Source: a virus
Lineage: Duplodnaviria; Caudoviricetes
DNA length: 64,000 nt
Direction: 5' to 3' (one strand)
Virus record (IMG/VR): IMGVR_UViG_3300028048_000064
Location: 32,001-96,000 of that record
Under the pieces are notes generated by a model. The model saw nothing but the letters and a program-made list of their open reading frames with translations, was not told where the DNA came from and did no database searches. Below, piece after piece: positions 50,597-60,924 of the stretch (positions are counted from its first letter, which is position 1; each line of letters starts with the position of its first letter). A program made the translations under genes and the position numbers.

Positions 50597-52410
50597 AATA
50601 TCAGTTAAATGTTAATAAGATAAAGAATGATATTGTCCCAATTGTTTTGAATGAATATTCAATTGAGACCTTGCAAGGTGATGCCTTTAAGGATAAGAAG
50701 ATGCTTGCTTGTTATACAGAAGAAGACATTGATTTTGATATGGGGGCAAATATTGTTTCCATGTATGAACAATATATGGTTAATGACGATTTTATTTCCT
50801 CAACAGCCTACAATTTCAATACAATTTATCATCCATTTGGTGTTAATAAGGAGAAAAAGTTCTTTTCCCTATTGTTTGATGCATATTTCTATTTGACAGC
50901 AGATAGAACAAGCATTATAACAGATGAAGATGACAATAATAAACAATGGTGGTATATATGGTTTAATGGAAGCCATTTATTTGAAACAGAAAATAGTCAA
51001 ACATATACATTATATGTAGGATATAATACAGCAAATGGCTATACAAAAGGAGAAATAGAAGTAACTGCTGATAATGTTGTAACAAGTTCGGTTTTAAGAT
51101 TTGAAAAAAGTGTACTTGAGTCTCTTGATAATCTTGAATGGGAAGAATTGAGAAATGTAATATTTTTTGAAGAAGATGGCAGACAAGTAAGTGACTTGAC
51201 AAATGTATCATTTTTCCGTGACAATTTCATTTTCACTGATGGTATGTTCAGTTTGTTCCTTGATAGGGCAACTGAAGGTGTAATAGTACCATTAAGTCAG
51301 AAATTTTCAACTGATTTGCTTCAAGATGAGTTGATAAATCATGATTTTGTCAATGAGGAACGTAGAAAGGCTATTAATCGTATTACCGATATGGAAAAGG
51401 ATATCTATTATCCTGTTATTTGGGATACTGCTAATAAAAGGATATATTACAGCAATAGTGGTGGCAAGGTTAAGAACGGTGAAGTATATAACATAGAGTT
51501 TAATCTTCATTTCAGAAAGCATGAGGGTGATAATTGGTTAGTTAGTCCAACAAGTTATTGGAATGGGGTTAATGACAACGCCACTTTTTATAGTAATGGT
51601 TTTTTCAATACGGCATATCCAAATAAGGAGAGTCAACCTGACTTATTGACATACCTTGGTTTTACCAATAATGATGTGAAATATCAGAAGAATAAGTTAA
51701 AGAAGTCATTTTTAAGACTTATGTTCTTTGATTCGATGAGTCCCACAAATCAAAATCTTCTTGCTTATTATACGGTATTCATGGATAGTGGTGGATATTT
51801 CAGTAAATTCGTAAAGTATGTTGAATTGACTGACTATTATAAAGCTCCGGCAGATGGCGGAAGAGCAATAACTGATTTGGTTGGTTTAAGGGTCGATAGA
51901 GAACCTACAATTGATGAAAGGGGAGAACTTATACAAGAAAGCACCGTTGATGAAGTAAGATTAGGTACACGTTTTATTATTTCGGATAAATATTCATCCG
52001 ATGCATCAAGTGAGGGTTTTTACCTATATTTGTGGAAAGACAATTTTGAGGGTACTGTACCACAGGATATTTATATGAAGGTTGAGTTTAACCATGCGGG
52101 CTATGGAAGAACAATACCATTTATGATGCCATTCTGGGATAATAAGAAATGGCCAAGTAAAAAAGGTATTAAAACCTTTGAAGAAATACTTGCGGATTGG
52201 AAAAATGGAAGTGGTACAGACGGCCCTTATGGTATTCAGCAATATTTGAAATATTCATATATTCATTTTAAGTACCGTTATGATAAGGCTACTAAACGTC
52301 ATGTATATTATCTTGATGATGAGTTCTATGGAACAGACCCAAGTAAAGGTGGTGTACATTTCGCCAATAATAAAATAACTTTAAACCTTTATGAGGCAAA
52401 AATAGTATAG
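50590..52410 (+). CDS. Putative structural protein
   Basis: 606 aa, start overlaps the previous stop. Confidence 0.5.
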   Translation: MLKYQLNVNKIKNDIVPIVLNEYSIETLQGDAFKDKKMLACYTEEDIDFDMGANIVSMYEQYMVNDDFISSTAYNFNTIYHPFGVNKEKKFFSLLFDAYFYLTADRTSIITDEDDNNKQWWYIWFNGSHLFETENSQTYTLYVGYNTANGYTKGEIEVTADNVVTSSVLRFEKSVLESLDNLEWEELRNVIFFEEDGRQVSDLTNVSFFRDNFIFTDGMFSLFLDRATEGVIVPLSQKFSTDLLQDELINHDFVNEERRKAINRITDMEKDIYYPVIWDTANKRIYYSNSGGKVKNGEVYNIEFNLHFRKHEGDNWLVSPTSYWNGVNDNATFYSNGFFNTAYPNKESQPDLLTYLGFTNNDVKYQKNKLKKSFLRLMFFDSMSPTNQNLLAYYTVFMDSGGYFSKFVKYVELTDYYKAPADGGRAITDLVGLRVDREPTIDERGELIQESTVDEVRLGTRFIISDKYSSDASSEGFYLYLWKDNFEGTVPQDIYMKVEFNHAGYGRTIPFMMPFWDNKKWPSKKGIKTFEEILADWKNGSGTDGPYGIQQYLKYSYIHFKYRYDKATKRHVYYLDDEFYGTDPSKGGVHFANNKITLNLYEAKIV

Positions 52411-52415
52411 AGGAT

Positions 52416-54302
52416 ATGAAAAAGATACAGAAAACCATATGTAGAGAGGAATTGAAATCACGTATTCCAGGTTTATTTGCCTATATAGAGGAAAATGATG
52501 CCGACGAATTTAAGTTGCATAAGGCAACTGATTCGTTGCAAGGCTGTTGGGGCAAAATCATAGAGAATATCAAGTTGCCAAATGGAATAAATCTTAAAAT
52601 CGGTAATGAAACAATATTAAGTCAGTATGATACAAATAAGAAAGAACCTGTTTATTCATATCGTACATTAATCAGTTATTACTACCAATATAAGGATTAT
52701 CCTTTTAAAACAAGTGTTGACGACGGTAGCTTTATTGGGTTTATGGAAGAAGGCATCGGAAAGATAGAGATTAATTTTACCACGCTTGGACTGAATGAAA
52801 AAGATAATGACCTTGTGCCACATTATATCTATTTGGCCAATGTAAGGAATTTAATCAACCAATATTCAAAGTTAAAGGTTATATATGATTATTACAAAGA
52901 TGAAGAAAATGTAGAAAGTGATATTTGTTGCCTTTTAGCCAAATATATAAGGATGGGTGGTGACATCATGTATAATGAATTAATACGTTTGAATGATATT
53001 GCCGAAACAGAAGCAACTAAATATTATGGCTATGCTGTTAAGGATGCAGATGAGGTTAATAACAAGGTTACAAAGAAACTAACCTTGAATATGGGTATAA
53101 ATTTAAACCAATCAATTCATGATATAGGTTATCTGTCTTGCTACCTTAATGATTGGGTTGGGGGTGATGCCCATAAAGAAGGTGAATTATATACCTATGA
53201 TGGAAACACATACGTTTGTATGAAAGATAATAATGATGAGTTCAATAAGGAAACATTTGAATTTGATTTTAAGGAAGACTCAAGGCATTTTCAGAAATTA
53301 ACAGACATTAGTCGATGGCCTAAACCTTTACAACCGGGTAATAAAACCATACGTGACAATATTATTAAAGCCGATAACCCATATGGTACAAAATTTGTTG
53401 TTGAACGTGATGAATATGAATTAGATTATTCTGCCGATAGTAAATTGAAGTCACTTAGAAGATATAAGACATATATCAATGGTGAGGATATTGAGGAAGA
53501 ACCGTCTGATAACGAGGATTGGCTATTCTATTACAGAATAGGTGTTGTGTCTAACTATACTACCGTTACAGATGAATTTGGGAATATTTGTGATATAGAA
53601 GAACTTAATAAAGGTAATAAAGTTGCGGCTGAAACTGGTGATAAACTTGCTGCATTTGGCAATGTAATTACCAATATAGTTGCAAATAAGAATAAGCGAA
53701 CAATAACATTTACATATGTGATAAATGCTCATTTGAAGTCTTCTGAATTACAACCTGAAAAGATAAACGGTAACTATCCAACTGATGACGACGGTAATAA
53801 ACTTTATAAGTTCAAGGATTTTGTCTATGATGATAGCACTGCATATAAGCATTATGGTGTGAAATATGAAGAAACTTATACATATGATGAAGGCAGTGAA
53901 CTTGATACGTTGGTAAAAGGACAAGATGCATTCACGTTTTATGAATATGTAAATGACATTAACGATACAATAACATCATACAATAAGTATGCTTTCAGTT
54001 TGGTTAATTCTACACGTTATTATGATAAGCGGCTAGATACACAGATAGTATCAATTCCTTATGTAAAAAGTGACTATGAAGCCATTATAAAAAACGAAAC
54101 AGACTATTTATTTGCAGATACATTCAAGAGAGATTATCTGAATGATATAACATATAAACCAACTGTTGAGAATGATGTGAGGATAGACAGAGGTAACTAT
54201 GCTGCATTTGAAAAACATTTGAAACTTGGCGAAATCAAGTCTATGGAAACAATGGAAAACTTCTCTAATGGTTCATTCTTCAATATACAGAAGGTTAATT
54301 AA
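52416..54302 (+). CDS. Putative structural protein with CBM5/12-like carbohydrate-binding motif
   Basis: W..G..H..GELYTYDGNTYVC resembles W....Y..GD.V.Y.G..Y.C. Confidence 0.5.
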   Translation: MKKIQKTICREELKSRIPGLFAYIEENDADEFKLHKATDSLQGCWGKIIENIKLPNGINLKIGNETILSQYDTNKKEPVYSYRTLISYYYQYKDYPFKTSVDDGSFIGFMEEGIGKIEINFTTLGLNEKDNDLVPHYIYLANVRNLINQYSKLKVIYDYYKDEENVESDICCLLAKYIRMGGDIMYNELIRLNDIAETEATKYYGYAVKDADEVNNKVTKKLTLNMGINLNQSIHDIGYLSCYLNDWVGGDAHKEGELYTYDGNTYVCMKDNNDEFNKETFEFDFKEDSRHFQKLTDISRWPKPLQPGNKTIRDNIIKADNPYGTKFVVERDEYELDYSADSKLKSLRRYKTYINGEDIEEEPSDNEDWLFYYRIGVVSNYTTVTDEFGNICDIEELNKGNKVAAETGDKLAAFGNVITNIVANKNKRTITFTYVINAHLKSSELQPEKINGNYPTDDDGNKLYKFKDFVYDDSTAYKHYGVKYEETYTYDEGSELDTLVKGQDAFTFYEYVNDINDTITSYNKYAFSLVNSTRYYDKRLDTQIVSIPYVKSDYEAIIKNETDYLFADTFKRDYLNDITYKPTVENDVRIDRGNYAAFEKHLKLGEIKSMETMENFSNGSFFNIQKVN

Positions 54303-54356
54303 CATTTGAAAAAATTGAGTTTTTAATATAAATTAATAGATATACAGACAAGGTAG

Positions 54357-55265
54357 ATGAATAATACATATGGGATTGTAAAATCAAGTTTAATAGACCC
54401 TGCACAGGATGTACAGGTATTCTATCATTATAGACCAAGCCGTAGTTCAGAGGATAGTTCATTTAAGTCTTTCAAAGAGATTACAGATGTTTCATCTATT
54501 TTCTCAAATTCGGTAATTGATACAGATGATTTTGATAAACGTTTACCTGGTATGTATAATCTTAATTTGCCGGTTTCAATATTCGGGAAAAAAGGCATCT
54601 ATACGATTTATATTAGACCAAAGGAGTTTACATGCACAATCAAGGATGTAGGCTCATTGGCCGCATATCCTGATATAAAGGGTATTGTCATTGACATGAA
54701 CAGCGTTGAAAATCAGACATTGTTTGAGGCTGATAAACTTGTTGGCTATCGTGTTGAATACTTTGACTATGAGGGTAGTGGTTTGAAAAGACAAGAGTAT
54801 TATAGGCTTATTACAAGTAATAATATGTGTGAACCTGTTTCACAGAATTTAACATCTGCCAATACAAATTCAAATGGCTACAGATTTAATGGAAGTGGTA
54901 CGTTGTGCTTTATGACACTTACACCATCTACAAGTCCAAGTTTTAAGAGTAATTCCAAGCCTTATATAGGCTCTCCTAATCAGCAAATTGTAATTACTAA
55001 TACCAAATTTGACCCGGTAATGATTGAGGTTGAAATGGTTGACCATGATATTGAAACGCTGAGTATAATGAGTGAAGGAAATGTGGTAAGAAACCTCGAT
55101 AAAGGACAAGTGTCTTATTATAACTTTGAAAATGAGATATATAAGCAGTATGAGTTCTCTACCATTAAGGATAATTACACAAAGAATAGTGTTGCAGAGA
55201 TTAAGATTGACAGAAGTAACAATATTGATAATGAACTTGATATAAATGATTTAATAGAGGCATAA
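54357..55265 (+). CDS. Putative structural protein
   Basis: 302 aa beta-rich ORF in the structural operon. Confidence 0.5.
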   Translation: MNNTYGIVKSSLIDPAQDVQVFYHYRPSRSSEDSSFKSFKEITDVSSIFSNSVIDTDDFDKRLPGMYNLNLPVSIFGKKGIYTIYIRPKEFTCTIKDVGSLAAYPDIKGIVIDMNSVENQTLFEADKLVGYRVEYFDYEGSGLKRQEYYRLITSNNMCEPVSQNLTSANTNSNGYRFNGSGTLCFMTLTPSTSPSFKSNSKPYIGSPNQQIVITNTKFDPVMIEVEMVDHDIETLSIMSEGNVVRNLDKGQVSYYNFENEIYKQYEFSTIKDNYTKNSVAEIKIDRSNNIDNELDINDLIEA

Positions 55266-55268
55266 ACA

Positions 55269-58034
55269 ATGGGTCGTTACAGTAAATTACATAGTAATTA
55301 CATACTTAGTAAGAAGCATCAAGTCACCCATAAGGGTACAATCTTTGAAAGAGACTGGGTGACAATTGGCTCACAGCATCAGATTGAGAAAGGCAAGAAG
55401 CCTTATTATTCTGATACTAACTTCTTGTTTACTGACAACTCATATCCATCATATAAGAAAAAGTATAACTATGGAAAATGGGTTGCATCATGGGATTATG
55501 ATGATGTCAAGGATGCAAAAGATGAGGTAAATAAGGTTAAAGTCAATAAGACAAGTAACGACATACGTGATTTTGCCTATTATGGCTCTGCTGTAGAGTT
55601 GGTTAAGTCCTCTGTTACTAATATCATTAATTGGTTTCCAGCATATGTGGCATGTTCACACTCAGATATATATGTACCAAATGAAGATGGTACGGGATTT
55701 GTTGTATTAACAGGAACTAGATACAATCACATGATTGTAAACCCCTTTAATATTGATTTTGTACATACTTTATCACAAGAGGAAAAGGAAGGCACTAATG
55801 TTGATAGGTTTATGGCTGAGTCATATACTAGATATATGATTAAATTCGGTAATGATACACCCGGAGAAATTATAGCATATAGAAAAACACAATATGTTCC
55901 ATTAAATAGTAATTCAGATAACTCATTCGGTGTTTATACAGAAAACGAAGCTAAAACAAAAATAAAAAGTGGCGAATACCGTTATGCTGATTGCTACCCA
56001 GAATATTGGCTACCAGGTGGTAACAGAAAACCACTTTATCAAATAAACTTAGGTGCTGAGAATGAAACACATTTGGAACTTATTTTCCAAGCATATATCA
56101 TTGACTCAGAGATTGTTTTGCTTACCAAAAATAGTGGAACATCTGGTAATCCTGATTTTATGATTATTCCAAAAGAAGAAGTATTTGAGGAATATTTCAA
56201 CAATCTCGATGATTTTGAGAAACAACTTCTTACATTAAATTCAAAACCTGTATATAGAAATTCATTTTTGACACCTTTTGAGGGTGAGACAGATTATAAA
56301 TATGTATATCGTGATTATACATGGCCTTCAATAAGTGTTGATGGGTATCCTTATTCGTTTATTGACATTGTTTCAGAGGGTTATACTGATTATCTGTCAA
56401 GATTGGTTGATATGGCAACCACTTATGATGAATTATGGTGTGATAGCCTATATAGGAATATGACCCATGAGGCAATCAAGAACTTTGATTGGACTTATAC
56501 AAAGGACTATACTGACGGTGATGAACAAGATAATATAGATGGCGGTAATCAGATGATGAAACTTCTACGTATCTATGGCCGTGCATTTGATGACTTGAAG
56601 AGATATGCCGATGGCATTGGTTTTGTGTCAAAGAATACTTATGACGGCTATAACAATGAACCAGATGCAGAGATTTCAGATAGACTTGAGTTAATGGGTT
56701 GGGATGCCCCATCAGTTATACCAGATGCTACTGACGGAAATACAGATATTATCAAGATTGAAAAATCTTTCCTTGATAATGGAAATTATAAATGGTTTGA
56801 TGCCCAAAACTCAGAGGATATAGACACAGCCAAGACAGACATTAACTTTGCAAAACATCTTTTACTTTCATCAAGTAGGATTTTGAATACAAAGGGTACA
56901 ACGCAGGCTATTGATATGGTTATGGCATTGTTTGGATTTGGTGAAAAAGATTATACTTTAACAGAAAGGTTCTATAAGATACCTTATTCTTCATTGAAGA
57001 ATTTTGATGACGAATATACCACATCAGAAGAAGAAACAATGACATATGGTGAATTGGTTGATAATATCAACTTTTATAAGGACTATCCAAAGGCTTATGA
57101 TGATATATACAGTGGTGTACCTCTTGGTGATTACTATGTTTCCAAAAAAGCATATGTTAATAAAAATAACGGGTCTGTTATTGGGCAACAAGCTTATAAT
57201 GAGTTAGATGATAATACTAAAAAAGATTATGAGGAAGTAATGAAAACCACTCACTATATTATTCCTTTCTATACACAGAAGAGAGTGTATGATGGGGATT
57301 TATACTTCAATTCAAAGGGCGGTTGGGGTAAAAATGATATTGATGGCCAATATCTTGAAACCATGTCATATCTACATATTGTAGATGATTTCAGTGAATT
57401 GTTAAATCTTAACCCAAGTTCATTAAATGATGAAGACATATATTATGTATCAGATATGACAACTTACAGTGAATATGTGGAAACATTACCTGAGAATTTA
57501 TCCCATTTCTTTGTGATTATTGAAAATGGAAAATATAATCCACAACTTCCGGAGTCATGGGCTAATGTTGATATGACAAGTGATACAGATATTGCCAAGA
57601 AAGCTAAGTATCTTGATAGTTTGGTTTCTAACAATATTGGAAATAATCCACATGTCGGCTATGGTGCATATGATATGGGTGAGGATTTCATTGAGTATAT
57701 GAAGAAACCATTCAAATTTGCCCTTGATGAAGAATTATTGCCGGATGAATGGAAAGATGAAGCAGATAATTTCACATTTGTGGCTGACTATGAGGATAGC
57801 GTTGTAGTGTTTGGCAATGGAAATGAAGATAACATATATGGTAAGGTGAAGATAATTGATGATGGCACTACGGATTACTATATCAATCACAAGTATCTGA
57901 AACTCAAATTCAATCTTGATGATGAGAGGCAACCAAACGAACTTTTCAGAAATTATTTCATGAATGTTGTTCTGAAATATGTAATGCAAGTTATACCATC
58001 AACAACAATTTTGGAAATAAATTTCAATAGTTAA
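55269..58034 (+). CDS. Baseplate wedge protein (gp7 / P2 gpI-like domain)
   Basis: L..YGRAFD.LK.Y, L...GW, ILNTKGT..AI.....LFG, terminal QVIPSTTI. Confidence 0.6.
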   Translation: MGRYSKLHSNYILSKKHQVTHKGTIFERDWVTIGSQHQIEKGKKPYYSDTNFLFTDNSYPSYKKKYNYGKWVASWDYDDVKDAKDEVNKVKVNKTSNDIRDFAYYGSAVELVKSSVTNIINWFPAYVACSHSDIYVPNEDGTGFVVLTGTRYNHMIVNPFNIDFVHTLSQEEKEGTNVDRFMAESYTRYMIKFGNDTPGEIIAYRKTQYVPLNSNSDNSFGVYTENEAKTKIKSGEYRYADCYPEYWLPGGNRKPLYQINLGAENETHLELIFQAYIIDSEIVLLTKNSGTSGNPDFMIIPKEEVFEEYFNNLDDFEKQLLTLNSKPVYRNSFLTPFEGETDYKYVYRDYTWPSISVDGYPYSFIDIVSEGYTDYLSRLVDMATTYDELWCDSLYRNMTHEAIKNFDWTYTKDYTDGDEQDNIDGGNQMMKLLRIYGRAFDDLKRYADGIGFVSKNTYDGYNNEPDAEISDRLELMGWDAPSVIPDATDGNTDIIKIEKSFLDNGNYKWFDAQNSEDIDTAKTDINFAKHLLLSSSRILNTKGTTQAIDMVMALFGFGEKDYTLTERFYKIPYSSLKNFDDEYTTSEEETMTYGELVDNINFYKDYPKAYDDIYSGVPLGDYYVSKKAYVNKNNGSVIGQQAYNELDDNTKKDYEEVMKTTHYIIPFYTQKRVYDGDLYFNSKGGWGKNDIDGQYLETMSYLHIVDDFSELLNLNPSSLNDEDIYYVSDMTTYSEYVETLPENLSHFFVIIENGKYNPQLPESWANVDMTSDTDIAKKAKYLDSLVSNNIGNNPHVGYGAYDMGEDFIEYMKKPFKFALDEELLPDEWKDEADNFTFVADYEDSVVVFGNGNEDNIYGKVKIIDDGTTDYYINHKYLKLKFNLDDERQPNELFRNYFMNVVLKYVMQVIPSTTILEINFNS

Positions 58035-58046
58035 CTATAAAGATTA

Positions 58047-58688
58047 ATGACGGTAAATGTAGAGAATAATACCTTGGAGTTTGATGCAAATTGGACTGAA
58101 GGTAGTAGTAATAATAAGAAGTCATTTACTGTAAGTGGCAGTAAGGGATTTCGTTATGAGGTAAGTGAGGGTGATTGGTTTGATGTTACTCTTACTGACA
58201 ATACATTTACTGTTACCGTAAGAGAAAACTTCAATATTGGCGAAAGAAACGGATATATATTGCTAAATAACAATATGGTACATGGCAATACAAGTGACGA
58301 AGATACAATAGATGAATTAGAGGTTGATATTCATCAGGATGGTATGAAATGTACAATAAACATTTCAGAAAATAGTGCCTCATTTGCTTCAAATCCAACA
58401 CATGAAGATGGTGATAAGATAATAATAAAGGAAGATAAGACTTTTACTGTTACAACTACAGGTGGGGTAAAGGATTTTATCATAAAGGAAATAAGGGAAG
58501 AATATACAAATAATACCAAACCAGTTCAATTTGACCATGGAATTAAGGTTGAAAAGATTAGTAAGACGCAGTTAAAGATTACAAGTTATGGCCGTGTATT
58601 TGACCCTAATGATAAAAAGTATATCATAACATTGGCACATAAAAACAATCGTGAAATAGCAAAAACAATAACAGTTACATACAGTTAG
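58047..58688 (+). CDS. BACON-domain protein
   Basis: DWFDV....FTVTV.EN....ERNG.I...V.I.Q.G is the BACON W/N/R/Q signature. Confidence 0.7.
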   Translation: MTVNVENNTLEFDANWTEGSSNNKKSFTVSGSKGFRYEVSEGDWFDVTLTDNTFTVTVRENFNIGERNGYILLNNNMVHGNTSDEDTIDELEVDIHQDGMKCTINISENSASFASNPTHEDGDKIIIKEDKTFTVTTTGGVKDFIIKEIREEYTNNTKPVQFDHGIKVEKISKTQLKITSYGRVFDPNDKKYIITLAHKNNREIAKTITVTYS

Positions 58689-58700
58689 AAAAAAGACATT

Positions 58701-59081
58701 ATGGTACAATCATATTATAGTTATAAGAAACAATTACGTGAAAGTTATGTTGAACCGACAGTTTCATTACAAGAAGCAGCAGAGTCAACAAGAAAAGTCA
58801 GACGTAAGTCAAATGATAAATCTACTGATGAGGTTTATTTTGACCGTGAGGGTGGTGAAATGAGGTTTAAATATAAGTTAGAGCCTGAGCATGCAGAACT
58901 ATATGTTGAGATTTCATCTGATTTTATAACATATAGAACTGAGGATAATGATTTGATTTTAGTCGCAAAACCAAACCCATATAGTTTAGAAAGAAGATGT
59001 ATTGTTAAGATAATGAATTCATTTAATCCGTTATTCTCGCAGACAAAAGTCGTTATTCAGAAAGGAGTTGACCAAAAATAG
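58701..59081 (+). CDS. BACON-like domain protein
   Basis: F..EGG, DFI......L.L....N....ER...V.I....V.V.QKG. Confidence 0.55.
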   Translation: MVQSYYSYKKQLRESYVEPTVSLQEAAESTRKVRRKSNDKSTDEVYFDREGGEMRFKYKLEPEHAELYVEISSDFITYRTEDNDLILVAKPNPYSLERRCIVKIMNSFNPLFSQTKVVIQKGVDQK

Positions 59082-59098
59082 CCAACTCCTTATTTTTT
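59062..59098. terminator. Bidirectional terminator
   Basis: AAGGAGTTG...CAACTCCTT plus T-run between convergent genes. Confidence 0.7.
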
Positions 59099-59099
59099 C

Positions 59100-59930
59100 T
59101 TAAAGATTGATTAATCTTTCCTCATCATTTTGTATATCTTCATATGAGGTTATTTCGAATTTATATGTTCTATATAGGTTTTTAACCTCATGAAGCGTAT
59201 ATTTCATTGTATCAATATCCCATATGACAAATCCATGACCAGTTGTATTTTCTCCACTGTTGCATTGGAATACTGAGCCTGCATAGACAATTGGAACACC
59301 GTTTTTCTTTATTGTCTGATGTTTATGTATATGTCCTGCCATTACGCAGTCACATTCTTTGAAATCATCTGTATTGATACCACTTTCTGACATTCTGCCA
59401 ATATCCGTAACAGCACCGGCGATATCACCATGATATAAACCAATTAGTTTACAATCCGGGTTTTCTTCTCTTAACCCATCAATATTTGGTTTTGCGAACT
59501 TATCGAACATTGAGTATAGAACCCATATGATGTTATCATCCTTAATGTATCCGCTTTTATATTCAAGAGCCTTATCAGCATATATAATATTTGGATAAGC
59601 CCCTTTAATTGTGAATGTTGGCGATATTGAGTCCATCCTGTCTTGATTATTTTCAAGCATATCATGATTACCGGCCACAATAATCGTTTTGGCCATTGCA
59701 TTGAGATAATTCAAAAACTCATGGAATAAATCCTTTGATTCGTTGTCTGCTTTGATTTTCTTTTCAAATACATCACCAACGATGACAATTCTGACTTCCT
59801 CTTTCTTTAAATCCTTGATTTCAAGCATGATTTCGCCTGCAAGTTGCTTCAACATATCAGAGAATGGTCTATCTGTTGAAGAACTGTTAGGTATGTGCAA
59901 ATCAGCCATGAAAATAACTTTCTTAACCAT
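59100..59930 (-). CDS. SbcD/Mre11-like metallophosphoesterase nuclease (gp47-like), catalytic core only
   Basis: ADLH, GDVFE, AGNHD, YHG, GHIHK.Q, YAGS. Confidence 0.88.
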   Translation of the reverse strand: MVKKVIFMADLHIPNSSSTDRPFSDMLKQLAGEIMLEIKDLKKEEVRIVIVGDVFEKKIKADNESKDLFHEFLNYLNAMAKTIIVAGNHDMLENNQDRMDSISPTFTIKGAYPNIIYADKALEYKSGYIKDDNIIWVLYSMFDKFAKPNIDGLREENPDCKLIGLYHGDIAGAVTDIGRMSESGINTDDFKECDCVMAGHIHKHQTIKKNGVPIVYAGSVFQCNSGENTTGHGFVIWDIDTMKYTLHEVKNLYRTYKFEITSYEDIQNDEERLINL

Positions 59931-59948
59931 AGTTTCTTAAATTTTTTG

Positions 59949-59980
59949 CAAAGATACTACTTTTATTCCAAAAAAACAAA
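59949..59980 (-). promoter_or_regulatory. Bacteroidota -33/-7 promoter
   Basis: Minus strand TTTG-N20-TATCTTTG upstream of the SbcD gene. Confidence 0.75.
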
Positions 59981-60084
59981 TAAAATTTGTTAAAAAATTC
60001 AAATTCTATAGGTACCTAGGTACCTTATGTATTGAAAAATAAAATTAAAATATATAATTTTATTTTTATATAATATTATACTAG

Positions 60085-60846
60085 ATGGACCAGGACCTAA
60101 AGAAGCGAATTATACTTGGTTTGGATGTTTCCACACGTTGCATTGGTTCTACCGTTGCAAGCCTTGATGAGGATGGAACAATTAAGATTTTGGAAATAAG
60201 TCATTTGAAACTTAAAACCCCAAGAAAAACTAAGGGGACAAAGATTTTGTTCCAGAAGAGTGATGTATTTAAACAGAAGTTAGAGGATAAGTACACAAAA
60301 TATTTCATTACTGACGTTATTATTGAAGAGCCACTTATCAGCAGCAATAATGCTGAAACGGCAGCAACACTAATGAGATTTAACGGTATGATTTCACAGT
60401 GTGTAAAGGATGTTCTTGGTATTATTCCGGAATATATTTCTTCATATGATGCAAGAAAGTTTGGTTGCCCATCATTGATTGCAATCAGAAAGTACAATAA
60501 GGTGGGTGAAGTATATTCTCGTAAGAAGATAATGAAATGTATCAAGAAAAATGAATTAGTTTTGTTTGGCGCTTATCCGTTTGACTGTGCAAAGAAGTTC
60601 ATACTTTGGAATTATGTTTCAGAGAAGTTCCCTTACATCAAATGGGACTATAACAAGAAGGGTGAATTGAAAAATGAGAATTTTGATGCAAGTGACAGCC
60701 TTATGTGCGTTCTTGGCTATGTTTCCAAATGTAAGTATGGTGATAAGGAACCAGAGATTGTGAATAGTACGAGCAAAAAGAATAAAATTGAGTATACAAT
60801 TGATTTTTGCGGACAGAAATTTGACAAAGTTATAGATTTTGAGTAG
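60085..60846 (+). CDS. RuvC-like Holliday junction resolvase
   Basis: ILGLDVST..IG, VIIEEPL, L.RFNG, ARK, D.SDS. Confidence 0.78.
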   Translation: MDQDLKKRIILGLDVSTRCIGSTVASLDEDGTIKILEISHLKLKTPRKTKGTKILFQKSDVFKQKLEDKYTKYFITDVIIEEPLISSNNAETAATLMRFNGMISQCVKDVLGIIPEYISSYDARKFGCPSLIAIRKYNKVGEVYSRKKIMKCIKKNELVLFGAYPFDCAKKFILWNYVSEKFPYIKWDYNKKGELKNENFDASDSLMCVLGYVSKCKYGDKEPEIVNSTSKKNKIEYTIDFCGQKFDKVIDFE

Positions 60847-60871
60847 TTTTTTAATTAAAATTGCTTAAAAA

Positions 60872-60903
60872 TTTGGATATTTAGTATATTTTTAGTATCT
60901 TTG
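60872..60903 (+). promoter_or_regulatory. Bacteroidota -33/-7 promoter
   Basis: TTTG(60872)-N20-TATCTTTG(60896). Confidence 0.75.
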
Positions 60904-60924
60904 CAAAAAAAAAATAGAAGCAAA

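Noticed and set aside
60901-60924. TTG start for primase given by the ORF track
   Set aside because: The TTG is part of the -7 promoter box, so it cannot be in the mRNA from that promoter; GTG 60925 is preferred.
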